From Bacilli bacterium (lineage in GTDB: Bacteria; Bacillota_I; Bacilli_A; ML615J-28; CAG-698), in the NCBI GenBank assembly GCA_050953045.1, contig JBMNLY010000003.1, positions 42,340 through 106,339 on the forward strand: 64,000 nt of DNA, written 5' to 3'. Within the stretch, counting starts at the first letter, position 1; the number at the start of each line of letters is the position of its first letter. The notes under the pieces are model-generated. The model made no database searches. It had not been told where the DNA came from and worked only from the letters and a program-made list of their open reading frames with translations. This document shows, piece by piece, positions 46,820-55,982 of this stretch. A program made the position numbers and the translations under genes.

Positions 46820-49802
46820 ATGCTTGAAATAAAAAACCTCACTAAAACTTATGTTCCCAAAAAAGGGGTACCGGTTGTTGCTTTAAACAGGGTCAATTTA
46901 AAAATTGAAGACAAGGGCTTAGTTTTTATTCTCGGTAAGTCTGGGAGTGGAAAGTCAACGCTTCTGAATCTCCTCGGAGGTTTGGATAAGTACGATGAAG
47001 GCGACATTATTATTAAAGGAAAATCAACAAAAGATTTTACTCAGGGTAATTTTGACTCCTATCGGAATACTTATGTCGGTTTTATTTTTCAAGAATATAA
47101 TATTCTTGAAGAATTTACTGTCGGCGCCAACATTGCGCTTGCAATTGAACTTCAGGGAAGAAAAGCTAGCAATGAAGAAGTAAGCAAAATTTTAGACACT
47201 CTTGATCTTGCCGGCTACGGAAACAGGAGACCCAATGAACTCTCAGGCGGGCAAAGACAAAGAGTCGCGATTGCAAGAGCGCTTGTAAAAAACCCGGATA
47301 TTATCCTTGCGGATGAACCGACTGGGGCTCTAGACAGCAAAACAGGACTTCAGATTTTTGATATCTTAAAGAAATTATCCCAAGAAAAACTTGTTCTGGT
47401 TGTCTCCCATGATCGGGAGTTTGCGGAAACATATGGTGACAGAGTCATTGAATTAGCTGACGGTAAGATTATCAGCGATATTTCAAAAAAAACCCTTAGC
47501 AATGGGGCAACTGATTCTCCAAATATTCAATTTGTTGAAAATGAAGGTTTGGTTGTTAGAGAGGGCTATAAATTAACCCCAAGAGATCTGGAAATGATTA
47601 ACAACTATCTCGAAAAAGAAAAACAACTTAACATCATCAGTAAAAATGAAGTTGAATTTCAAACGCGCGAGGTCTTTGTGGAGACGGAAAATATTGATTT
47701 AAAATCATATGCCGGCGCGTTTACAATGATTAAATCCCGCCTTCCTTCCAAAATGGCTTTCAGAATGGGAGCAAGCGGACTAAAACACAAAAAATTCCGG
47801 CTTTTCTTCACCATTCTATTATCTTTAGTAGCTTTTACTCTTTTCGGAGTTGCGGATTCTCTTGCTGCTTATAATAAAATTGACGCGACGGTCAACTCAA
47901 TCATTGACGGCGAAATTGATGCAATTGCATTTTCAAAATCGAAAACAATGGAAATTGATAATTATAAACGAACTATTGATTTAACTTTATCAAAAGAAGA
48001 TATTGATGGCTTGAATGAAAGCATCGGCAAAGAACTCGGACTTAATTTTAAACCCGTCTACACCGGTGGCTCAGAGGATTATTCAGGCGCCTTCAGAATT
48101 GATACTAATTTTTCGCAGTCAATTATCAGAGATTATGATATGTATTATTTAGATTCAATCTCGGGATTTGCGGAGTTTACGAAGCAAGAACTTGAGGAAC
48201 TTGGTTTTACTGTCCATGGAAAAATGCCGAATGCAGATGATGAGATTGCCGTAACCGATTATATTTTTGAACACTTTACAAAAAAAGGTTATAGTTATTA
48301 TGATGATAAAAATGAGTTGAAAGATTTCAAGCCAGATAGCTTTAAAACTTATACTGATTTAATCGGAAAAACTCTTATCTTAAGAAACTATAGTACATCC
48401 CAAGAATTAACCTTTAAAGTGACTGGAATCATTGACACAAACTTTGTTTCCACTCGCTATGAAAGCTTAAAAACATCCTTTGGAGACAATTATTTCTTAA
48501 TTCAAGAATTTAGAACCGTAATCCAATATGGATACCATGCCTTGGGTTTTGTAAACATTGGCTTAATTGACAAGCTTATCGAAAACTTAAACGCAAAATG
48601 TAGTTATCCGCAATAATGCTCACCTTGGTTATTACAATCAACAGGTTGGATATTATGCAGAATATGTTGACAAATTAGATAATTTTGAAAAAGAAAATAT
48701 TATCTTCTTCAACAAAAACAAAACTGCTCTTGCGGAGAATGAAATTATCGTTGATGCTGATTCTTTCCGCTGGTCCTATCAAAACGAAATAACTTATGGT
48801 GGTTTTACCGGCAGGATTGATGACCACTTATATAGAATTTCCGAGCAGATCATCCGCGAATATGCTGAGGAAAACTATCTGGAAGCAGAAGCCAAAGGCT
48901 TCTTCCTTAAAAGATTTGGTGAAGATGGTAACGATTATCCGGAAGAAAATAAAATTAATGAATATGCGCTTTATCTAATTAGCGAAGGTTATATTGAAAA
49001 CATCTACGGAGAAAAAACCGGATTTGAACTTGAAATGGAATCCTATTCCCATCTTGCTCCGGTTTTCCAACAAATTGAAGATATTGAAGTTCAAAAAGAA
49101 TACCACAACTACATTATCGGAGATAGTGATTATTCCCTAGCCAAAGTTGTCGGAGTCTTTTTAACTACAAATTTTGATACTCCAAGCCTCATTATTGTTG
49201 ACGATGAGTTTTATGCAGAACTGGAAACGCTTGGAAGACAAGAGCCTTATAAATTTGCGATTGCAAAAATGCCTGACCAAAGAAACAAAATCCATAAGAT
49301 TGCGGAGTTCAGCTATCAAATGGAAGATTCAATTTCCTATCCTTTGAAAAATTCCGCCACACCGATGTTGGAAATGGCAAATGATTTAGTTGAAAATGTT
49401 GCTCATGTATTTGTCTATATCGGAATGGCTTTTGCGGTGTTTTCAGCTCTAATGTTGAGTAATTTTATTGCAAGCAGCGTCAACCTAAAAAGACGCGAAA
49501 TTGGAATTTTAAGGGCTATCGGCGCAAGAAGCAATGATGTTTTCCAAATATTCTTTAACGAAGCAATCATCATAGCTATAATAAACTTCTTCTTAGCTTC
49601 TATTTCTACCTTTATTGTGGTAAGACTTATCAATAACTCGCTAAGATCGGATGTAGGATTGACGGTAACAGTCTTTAACTTATCAATCAGACAAATAGTC
49701 ATCCTCCTCTTTATCAGTATCTTTGTTGCCCTAGCTGCAAGCTTTTTACCTGTCTATCGGATTGCAAGGAAAAAACCGGTTGATGCAATCAGCAATAAAT
49801 AA
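46820..49802 (+). pseudogene. Fused ABC ATPase / FtsX-type (MacB-like) permease, split by a +1 frameshift at 48595-48598
   Basis: The N-terminal part has Walker A GKSGSGKST, signature LSGGQRQR and Walker B ILADEPTG. The large extracytoplasmic region continues without stops in the next frame from 48591 and ends in the FtsX helices (REIGILRAIGA). Removing one A from the A4 run joins everything into a protein of about 993 aa. Confidence 0.8.
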
Positions 49803-49844
49803 AAAGAATATTTAAGTTTATCTGAAACAACTCTCAAACAAAGA

Positions 49845-49888
49845 AAAAGCTAAGGAATTTGTAAGATTTTTTTCCTTAGCTTTTTTCT
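49845..49888 (+). terminator. Rho-independent terminator after the ABC gene
   Basis: aaaAGCTAAGGAatttgtaagattttttTCCTTAGCTtttttc. Confidence 0.75.
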
Positions 49889-50296
49889 TAAATAAATCAT
49901 ATTTATATATACTCAATAGGTAAAACAACTAAACCTTCAAATTTCATAATAATAAAACCTTTAGAAAAATAATGTCGAAATAAAAAATCAAATGATAAAT
50001 AAAGAATCAGCCAGGATTTCAAATTCATTAGAATACTATTTCAAATATTCTGAGATTTTAGATAATTGTCTAGACATTAATTAAGATTTTTCAATAAATG
50101 AATACCTGTTAAATCTATAAAAAACTTTTTCATGGTAACCACCCAGCTTATGAACCAATACTATTTGAAATTAATAATGCGTTACAGCAAGCTCTGATTC
50201 ATCAATCATTATAAAGTCAAATTAATTAATACCAAGAAATTAATATTTTTTGATGAATAGTATTAAAATGTCTAAATATACAGCATTATTAAAATT

Positions 50297-50614
50297 TTAA
50301 TCATCAAACACACTGCTTTTATTAAAGATTATTTTATCTTTCAATGCTTTTGGTATTTTTTCTATTTCTTCAGGTTTTAATCGAATTGCATAGGCTTTTT
50401 GAAAACCTTTGTGACTTTTTGAAAGATTAATCATTAACCAACCCGGAAGAATACCTCCTACACGATTTAACATTATAGAAAATGTGGATTTTGTAGTGCG
50501 ATACGTATACCAGCATTTTTCGATTTCATTATAATTAATTACTATTTTTTTTCTTTTATTTATTATTAATTTGTCTTCTTCAAAAATAACTTTTTTACTA
50601 TTCCATATAAGCAT
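50297..50614 (-). CDS. Hypothetical small protein (possibly bacterial PH-like)
   Basis: ORF in a very AT-rich island. The motif KLIINKRKKIVINYNEIEKCWY weakly resembles membrane-associated bPH proteins. Confidence 0.4.
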   Translation of the reverse strand: MLIWNSKKVIFEEDKLIINKRKKIVINYNEIEKCWYTYRTTKSTFSIMLNRVGGILPGWLMINLSKSHKGFQKAYAIRLKPEEIEKIPKALKDKIIFNKSSVFDD

Positions 50615-50698
50615 CTCAAACCTCCTAGAATAGTAACCATAATCCCTTTTCTTATAAAATGGATGATTACAATCCCCTTTATCCTAGATATTTTAAAC

Positions 50699-51235
50699 TT
50701 AAGATTTTGAAATGAAAATATTAAAATTTATTAAAACTTCCTCGAATTGAGTTATTGTAAAAAGTTGCATGGCAATAGCTTCTTCAACTGTATAAAAAGA
50801 ATCAGTGGTAGAGCGATAAACTAAAAATTTTACTTCGTGTTCAAAACTAAAGGTTGTCTCTTCTAGTGTTATCTGCCAACTTCCAGTATCTTCATATACT
50901 TCCCAGGCAAACAAATACACATAACGATTTCCGTCGGGAAATCTTCTTAAGAATTGATGATAATCAATTTCTTCCAAGCGAGCATTAGGATCATTCGGCA
51001 GCATAAACTGATTTAAATATGCTTTTCGGATTGTCATCGACATATGAGTAGAAATTTCTGATAAATCAATGACACAACCGGAAAGATTAAAAGATGCAAA
51101 TATTAGAAAACTTAAAAGAAAAAATTTAAGTAATAAATTATTTTTATCAAATCTAAAAAATTGAATATTCATTTTAAGCATCCCCATATGCTTTGACCAT
51201 ATTTTATCAAATATCTTTTTTGCAGTCAATGACAC
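50699..51235 (-). CDS. Hypothetical lipoprotein
   Basis: A hydrophobic leader ends in lipobox NLSGC. The start is uncertain: GTG 51235 or the internal ATGs (MGMLKMNIQ). Confidence 0.45.
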   Translation of the reverse strand: MSLTAKKIFDKIWSKHMGMLKMNIQFFRFDKNNLLLKFFLLSFLIFASFNLSGCVIDLSEISTHMSMTIRKAYLNQFMLPNDPNARLEEIDYHQFLRRFPDGNRYVYLFAWEVYEDTGSWQITLEETTFSFEHEVKFLVYRSTTDSFYTVEEAIAMQLFTITQFEEVLINFNIFISKS

Positions 51236-51373
51236 TTAAATTGTTTTGCTTAACCATTACTACATTAAAAGAACTATTAAAGGTACTTCATTAATATAAC
51301 AGGGTTATCACTTTATGTAAAAGAGTTGGCAGCAGAAGATTATCAGCTAAACCCCAAAACAATGTATTTATAT

Positions 51374-51407
51374 AAAAAGCATTCAGCTAAGATTAAACTG
51401 AATGCTC
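51374..51407 (-). terminator. Hairpin terminator about 190 nt downstream of the dGTPase-like gene
   Basis: Minus strand: AGCATTCAGtttaatcttagCTGAATGCTTTTTAT. Confidence 0.6.
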
Positions 51408-51592
51408 TTAAAGATGGAAAGTATTTAAATAGAAAAATTATGGGTTACCAGTTTTATCTTAAAAAGAACCTTAATTAATGAAAATAGTAAATATTCCCTA
51501 AGTGTTTTTCATAATTTAACCTAAAATTTTTAATACAATACAGATCTGTCATCGAAGCTATATGGTTACATATGGTTCTATAATATAAAGAT

Positions 51593-52879
51593 TTAAATTT
51601 TTCTACTGTTGTTAGACTTTTTACTTATCTCATAATTCATTAAAAAATCGTCTCTAAGTTCATAAGTATAAAAATCAATAGGTTGATTAATTCCGAATGT
51701 AAAGTCTACATAGAAATGTTTTATTACATTATCCGGTAATTCCTCCGGATGCTCTAGATATAGGTTAAATAATTTCTTAATAGTATTGCTTCCTTTTTGG
51801 TTCATATCTTTTACTTTATCTGAGTTATGAATTAAATCTTTTAAGATCCTTTTGAAATTTTGGTCATCTTCATATAATATTTCACTTTGTCTAACTATAT
51901 TGTTAATATCTACTTCTTTAAAATCTGTTATTTTTTTATAAGGATATTTTTCTAAATTATAAATAATATTTAATATTAGGTCGGTTGTTAAAATATTGAC
52001 AATAATCTTACCATAAATCTTTTTAAATAAAAAACCTTTTTTCCTTACTGTGAGTATTGAATTACGAATATCTTTAAAAAAGTATTCTATGCTTTTATGA
52101 AACTTTGGAAATCTTTCATAATACGCTTTTTCTAATTGGTTTATCCTTCTTTCCGATAATTCTCTCATTAGTATATCTTTAGAAATTAAATTATATTCAA
52201 TTCCATCTTCTATATCATGATGTCTTTGAGCAATTTCATCTGCCATATTGACAATTGCTGCTTCTAGGCTGTGTTTCCCGGAAAGAAACTCCAAAGCGTT
52301 AACTTTAATAATTTCATTATTCTCATCTTTTTTACCTCTTTGAATCTCATAGTTAAAATAATAATCTAGACTATCTTTTGTATATTTTTCATCTTTAGCT
52401 AAATTAGTATGATTTAATATGCCATATAATGTATAATTTGTGAGATTCATTTCCCATTCAAGTAAAGTCGGAATTATCAAAGATTGCCAATTATGTTTAA
52501 AGCCTTTTCCAAAGCTAATATTATCACAACACATAATATCATGCAAAGCAGCTTCACTAACATGTCCAAATGGTGTATGTCCAATATCATGGCCCAAAGC
52601 AATAGCTTCAGTTAAATCTACGTCCAGATTTAAGAACTTGGCGATTGTTCTCGCAATTTGATCAACTTCTAGGGTATGAGTTAATCTTGTTCGAGCATAA
52701 TCATTATCGCCTGCTAAAAAGATTTGTGTTTTATTATACATACGTCTGAACGCGCGCGAATGAATTATTCTGTCACGATCTCTTTGAAATGGAGAACGAT
52801 ATAAATGCTCGTCCGTGTCCATATTCAATAATGGTCGCTCAATTATCTTCGCTTCTTGGCGAAAGATAGGAAAAATCAA
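51593..52879 (-). CDS. dGTP triphosphohydrolase-like HD-domain protein (Dgt family)
   Basis: RSPFQRDRDRIIHSRAFRRM, RTRLTHTLEV, GHDIGHTPFGH and the later DIED block are present. The listed TTG start has no usable RBS. A strong AAAGGAGGAG-ATG at 52895 is out of frame by one T in a T5 run (plus-strand A5, 52871-52875). Confidence 0.8.
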   Translation of the reverse strand: MIFPIFRQEAKIIERPLLNMDTDEHLYRSPFQRDRDRIIHSRAFRRMYNKTQIFLAGDNDYARTRLTHTLEVDQIARTIAKFLNLDVDLTEAIALGHDIGHTPFGHVSEAALHDIMCCDNISFGKGFKHNWQSLIIPTLLEWEMNLTNYTLYGILNHTNLAKDEKYTKDSLDYYFNYEIQRGKKDENNEIIKVNALEFLSGKHSLEAAIVNMADEIAQRHHDIEDGIEYNLISKDILMRELSERRINQLEKAYYERFPKFHKSIEYFFKDIRNSILTVRKKGFLFKKIYGKIIVNILTTDLILNIIYNLEKYPYKKITDFKEVDINNIVRQSEILYEDDQNFKRILKDLIHNSDKVKDMNQKGSNTIKKLFNLYLEHPEELPDNVIKHFYVDFTFGINQPIDFYTYELRDDFLMNYEISKKSNNSRKI

Positions 52880-53162
52880 CCTTCCTTAAGTGCATATTCT
52901 CCTCCTTTATATATAGTTATAAATATTATAATCTGTTATCATTACGAAGGTTGTCAAATTATGTTGATTAGGCTAAAAACAATACTTTTTACAAAATAAT
53001 TTGTTATTTTTGTTATTAAAATACCTAAAATTCGAAAAGTAGGAATTTTATAACTGGGTTATTCCTAGATTATGCCAGCTTCACTTTCGTTATCTTATCT
53101 TCTGTTTTTTATCCTGGAGCATTTTAAGTATTTTTGTATCTACTTCCAGTATTATTCGATAA

Positions 53163-53215
53163 TAAAAAGCTGTAAACTTAAGTAAACAAACGATTCCTTA
53201 AGTTTACAGCTTTTT
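53163..53215 (-). terminator. Strong 17-bp-stem terminator ending the three-gene operon 54448-53244
   Basis: Minus strand: AAAGCTGTAAACTTAAGgaatcgtttgtttaCTTAAGTTTACAGCTTTTTAT. Confidence 0.8.
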
Positions 53216-53243
53216 CAGTTTTTCTACTTTATTACTTAGTTTT

Positions 53244-53459
53244 TTAATCTCTTTTCTCATTTATGAAAAGAAAAATTATTCCGCTAACAACTGCTAACAA
53301 TACCAGAGAGAAACAAACTAGTGTAACAATTGCTGTTTCGAGTTTCATAAATGAATACCATATTTCAAAAGTACTGATATAGGATGCCATTAAAACAATG
53401 AAAAAGATTGAAATAATACCGATAAGAATTAAAAATGCTAATAATATTTTTTTCTTCAT
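53244..53459 (-). CDS. Small two-TM membrane protein
   Basis: 71 aa, almost entirely hydrophobic. It is the last gene of the operon. Confidence 0.5.
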   Translation of the reverse strand: MKKKILLAFLILIGIISIFFIVLMASYISTFEIWYSFMKLETAIVTLVCFSLVLLAVVSGIIFLFINEKRD

Positions 53460-53525
53460 TTGAAAACTCCTTTAAAGTTAAAAAAACCAGCGTCTATAAA
53501 CAATCAGATCCAAAGCAATTATCTT

Positions 53526-54065
53526 CTATTTATCAACTATTCCGTCAAGAAGCTTCTCTGTTTCATTAATCGCAGCATAATTACCAACAGCTTTCATTCT
53601 CTTTTTAATTTCATTAATTATCTTAATTCGTTGTTTTTTTGTAAAATAAAGAATGAAGATGCGCTTGTAAGAACCATCACTACATTTAAACTCTAAAAAG
53701 GTAAGTGGGATAATAGGTGCTCTCTTTATTCTTTTGCCTGATGAGTTTGTATGTGTTTTAACTAAATTTATATCAGTAATTTCATCGTAGTAAATAGTGA
53801 CTTTATATTGTATCTTCTCTTTCCAAGACAACCAATCGTCAGGCATAAAAATATATTTTTCATTTAATACAATTCTGTTATGCTCAAATCTAATAAAAGT
53901 ATATAAGCAAAATAGCACCGGAAACAACAACATGAAAACAACTACAAAATCACTTTCAATAAAAGCACAGATTAAGATATATAATCCAATTATTGATAAA
54001 ACTAAAAATAAGAAAGTAAGCATTTGCCAAACAAAATTTAAAGGAAAAAACCTTTTCTTTTTCAT
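53526..54065 (-). CDS. Membrane protein: two N-terminal TM helices plus a cytoplasmic PH-like domain
   Basis: 179 aa. Its ATG overlaps the upstream stop (ATGA-type coupling at 54062-54065). No family is assigned with confidence. Confidence 0.5.
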   Translation of the reverse strand: MKKKRFFPLNFVWQMLTFLFLVLSIIGLYILICAFIESDFVVVFMLLFPVLFCLYTFIRFEHNRIVLNEKYIFMPDDWLSWKEKIQYKVTIYYDEITDINLVKTHTNSSGKRIKRAPIIPLTFLEFKCSDGSYKRIFILYFTKKQRIKIINEIKKRMKAVGNYAAINETEKLLDGIVDK

Positions 54066-54448
54066 ACCCTTTCTCCATTACTAATAGTTTTTTCTTTATA
54101 AATGGTGAATCTATAAATTATATGCCAGTGGACAGATAAATCTTCAGCTTCATAGCCTTCAATACAAGATTTTGCTTTAAATTGTTTTGTGAGGATTGGC
54201 GTTTCTGCTTGGGTTTCATTTTTCTGTGCATTTTCCTTTTGGAAAGGAACCGATTCTGAGTTAATAATCTCAATTTCAGTCTGAGTTAATCGCACAATTT
54301 TATTACAAGCAGGATACCCCGAACAACCCCAAAAATATGAGCCGGCATATTTGCCTTTGGTTGCCTTTCTAATTCGCATAAGTTTTCCGCAAGCAGGGCA
54401 AGTTCTTTTTACACTGTTTAAATTAGCCCCTTCTCTTAAAACAATCAT
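54062..54448 (-). CDS. Topoisomerase-type C4 zinc-ribbon (zf-C4_Topoisom) protein
   Basis: CPACGKLM...GSYFWGCSGYPACNKIV matches the topo IA C-terminal zinc ribbon. The C-terminal ~70 aa are unassigned. Confidence 0.65.
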   Translation of the reverse strand: MIVLREGANLNSVKRTCPACGKLMRIRKATKGKYAGSYFWGCSGYPACNKIVRLTQTEIEIINSESVPFQKENAQKNETQAETPILTKQFKAKSCIEGYEAEDLSVHWHIIYRFTIYKEKTISNGERV

Positions 54449-54700
54449 AGAAATCCACCACTTCTTTTCTTATTTGATTAATCTTTATATGAAAACCTAA
54501 TTACCAACAACTACCAATTTATAAATAAATTATAACATTATTTCATAAATTTTTAAATAACAACATAGATTATTAAGATTATTATGTAGATTTTTATCTA
54601 AAGATTATGATCATTCTTGGTAAGGAAAAATTCATAATTTTAGTATTATTAATTAACTGACTATGGTATAATTTAATAAGAAAAGTGGAGGAGATTTTTA

Positions 54701-55327
54701 ATGGATTTTAAACAAATTAAACAAGAAGCCAAAGATGTATTGGTCGGCAATCGTCTAATACTATTACTGGTAATGATAATCCTTGGTGCCATTTCAACAG
54801 CCTTGGGAGCAATAATCATAGGTTTTGTTTTAATACCTATTGTAAATGTAGCCTTGTATTATTTATTAAAACATTTAATCCTTTCAAAAAAATTAGTTGT
54901 AGAAAAACTATATGATCAATTTAAAGATTTTGAACATGCAATCAAAATGGTTGCCGTAGGATTATTAGTCCAAGTTATTACAGCATTAGGGTTTATCTTG
55001 TTCATAGTTCCGGGGATTATTTTAGGTTTACGATATTCACAGGCTCTAAGGATAATGGCTGAAAATAAAGATCTGGAAATATTGGAAGCCCTAAGAAAAA
55101 GCAAAGAAATGATGGATGGTCATAAATGGGAATTGTTCTTATTTTATTTATCGTTTTTCGGTCATTTCTTACTCGTAATAATAACAATCGGACTTTATGG
55201 TTTGTATTTCATGCCTTATTTTCTAACCTGTGATGCTAATTACTATCTGCATTTATCCGAGCAAAACAAAATATTTAAACAATATCTTAGTCCTGAATAT
55301 GAAATAAAAGACGAAGACTACAACTAA
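54701..55327 (+). CDS. DUF975-family membrane protein
   Basis: The N-terminus MDFKQIKQEAKDVLVGNRL and the multi-TM layout are typical of DUF975. The RBS is GGAGGAG. Confidence 0.7.
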   Translation: MDFKQIKQEAKDVLVGNRLILLLVMIILGAISTALGAIIIGFVLIPIVNVALYYLLKHLILSKKLVVEKLYDQFKDFEHAIKMVAVGLLVQVITALGFILFIVPGIILGLRYSQALRIMAENKDLEILEALRKSKEMMDGHKWELFLFYLSFFGHFLLVIITIGLYGLYFMPYFLTCDANYYLHLSEQNKIFKQYLSPEYEIKDEDYN

Positions 55328-55585
55328 GAAAAAACTCACTAACTTAATGTTGGTGAGTTTTTTACTAGATTAGATTTTAGATAAAAAAGCTGAAATGAAA
55401 ATCTCAGTTAATTATTTTGTTCTTCTTTTCTTAAAGACCCTTCCTCATCAAACCTGATTTCCGTTTTAAATCAATATAACCTAAGATACTAATAAAGGCT
55501 GCACCGATTGTATTTTTAAAAAAATTCTTTCATTGTATCTTTGAGAGCTGCTCTGCCTAACCATAATTCGCCTGTTATTGAATCC

Positions 55586-55981
55586 TTAAATCTTTGCATG
55601 TTGCTGTTGGTTAAACCGAAGTTCTCTGCTAGTTACATCTAAACCATATTCACCTAATGCTTCAATACCTGCAAGGGCTAAGTAGATATCATCTTGATTA
55701 AAGCCTTCGTTGATCATATCTTTACGCCACACAGGTAAAGAGAAATCCGGTATCCAAGTTTTATACCAAAATTCAACTGGACGACCGTACGATACCCCGA
55801 TCATTTGCCCAATCAGTGCGCCTTTTACTTTGTTACGATATTCTTCGACCGTAATGACGCTGGTAGTTTCAGGCAAACTGCCGGAATCAAGTTTTGGATA
55901 ATCATTATCCGGAGTGTTGCAACCAACCATCATAATACTTCCTACCACCAAGAATAAAATAATAGTCCAGATTTTTTTCAT
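55586..55981 (-). pseudogene. Truncated ADP-ribosylglycohydrolase-family lipoprotein (N-terminal ~130 aa only)
   Basis: It has lipobox MVGC and the ARH N-terminal pattern KVKGALIGQMIGVSYGRPVEF. The ORF stops after 131 aa, whereas the family is about 300 aa. Remnant-like sequence follows. Confidence 0.55.
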
Positions 55982-55982
55982 T

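Noticed and set aside
48796-48978. 60-aa ORF between the two ABC/FtsX ORFs.
   Set aside because: It is in the wrong frame. The FtsX frame is open across this whole interval (from 48591) and encodes a sensible continuation of the extracytoplasmic domain.
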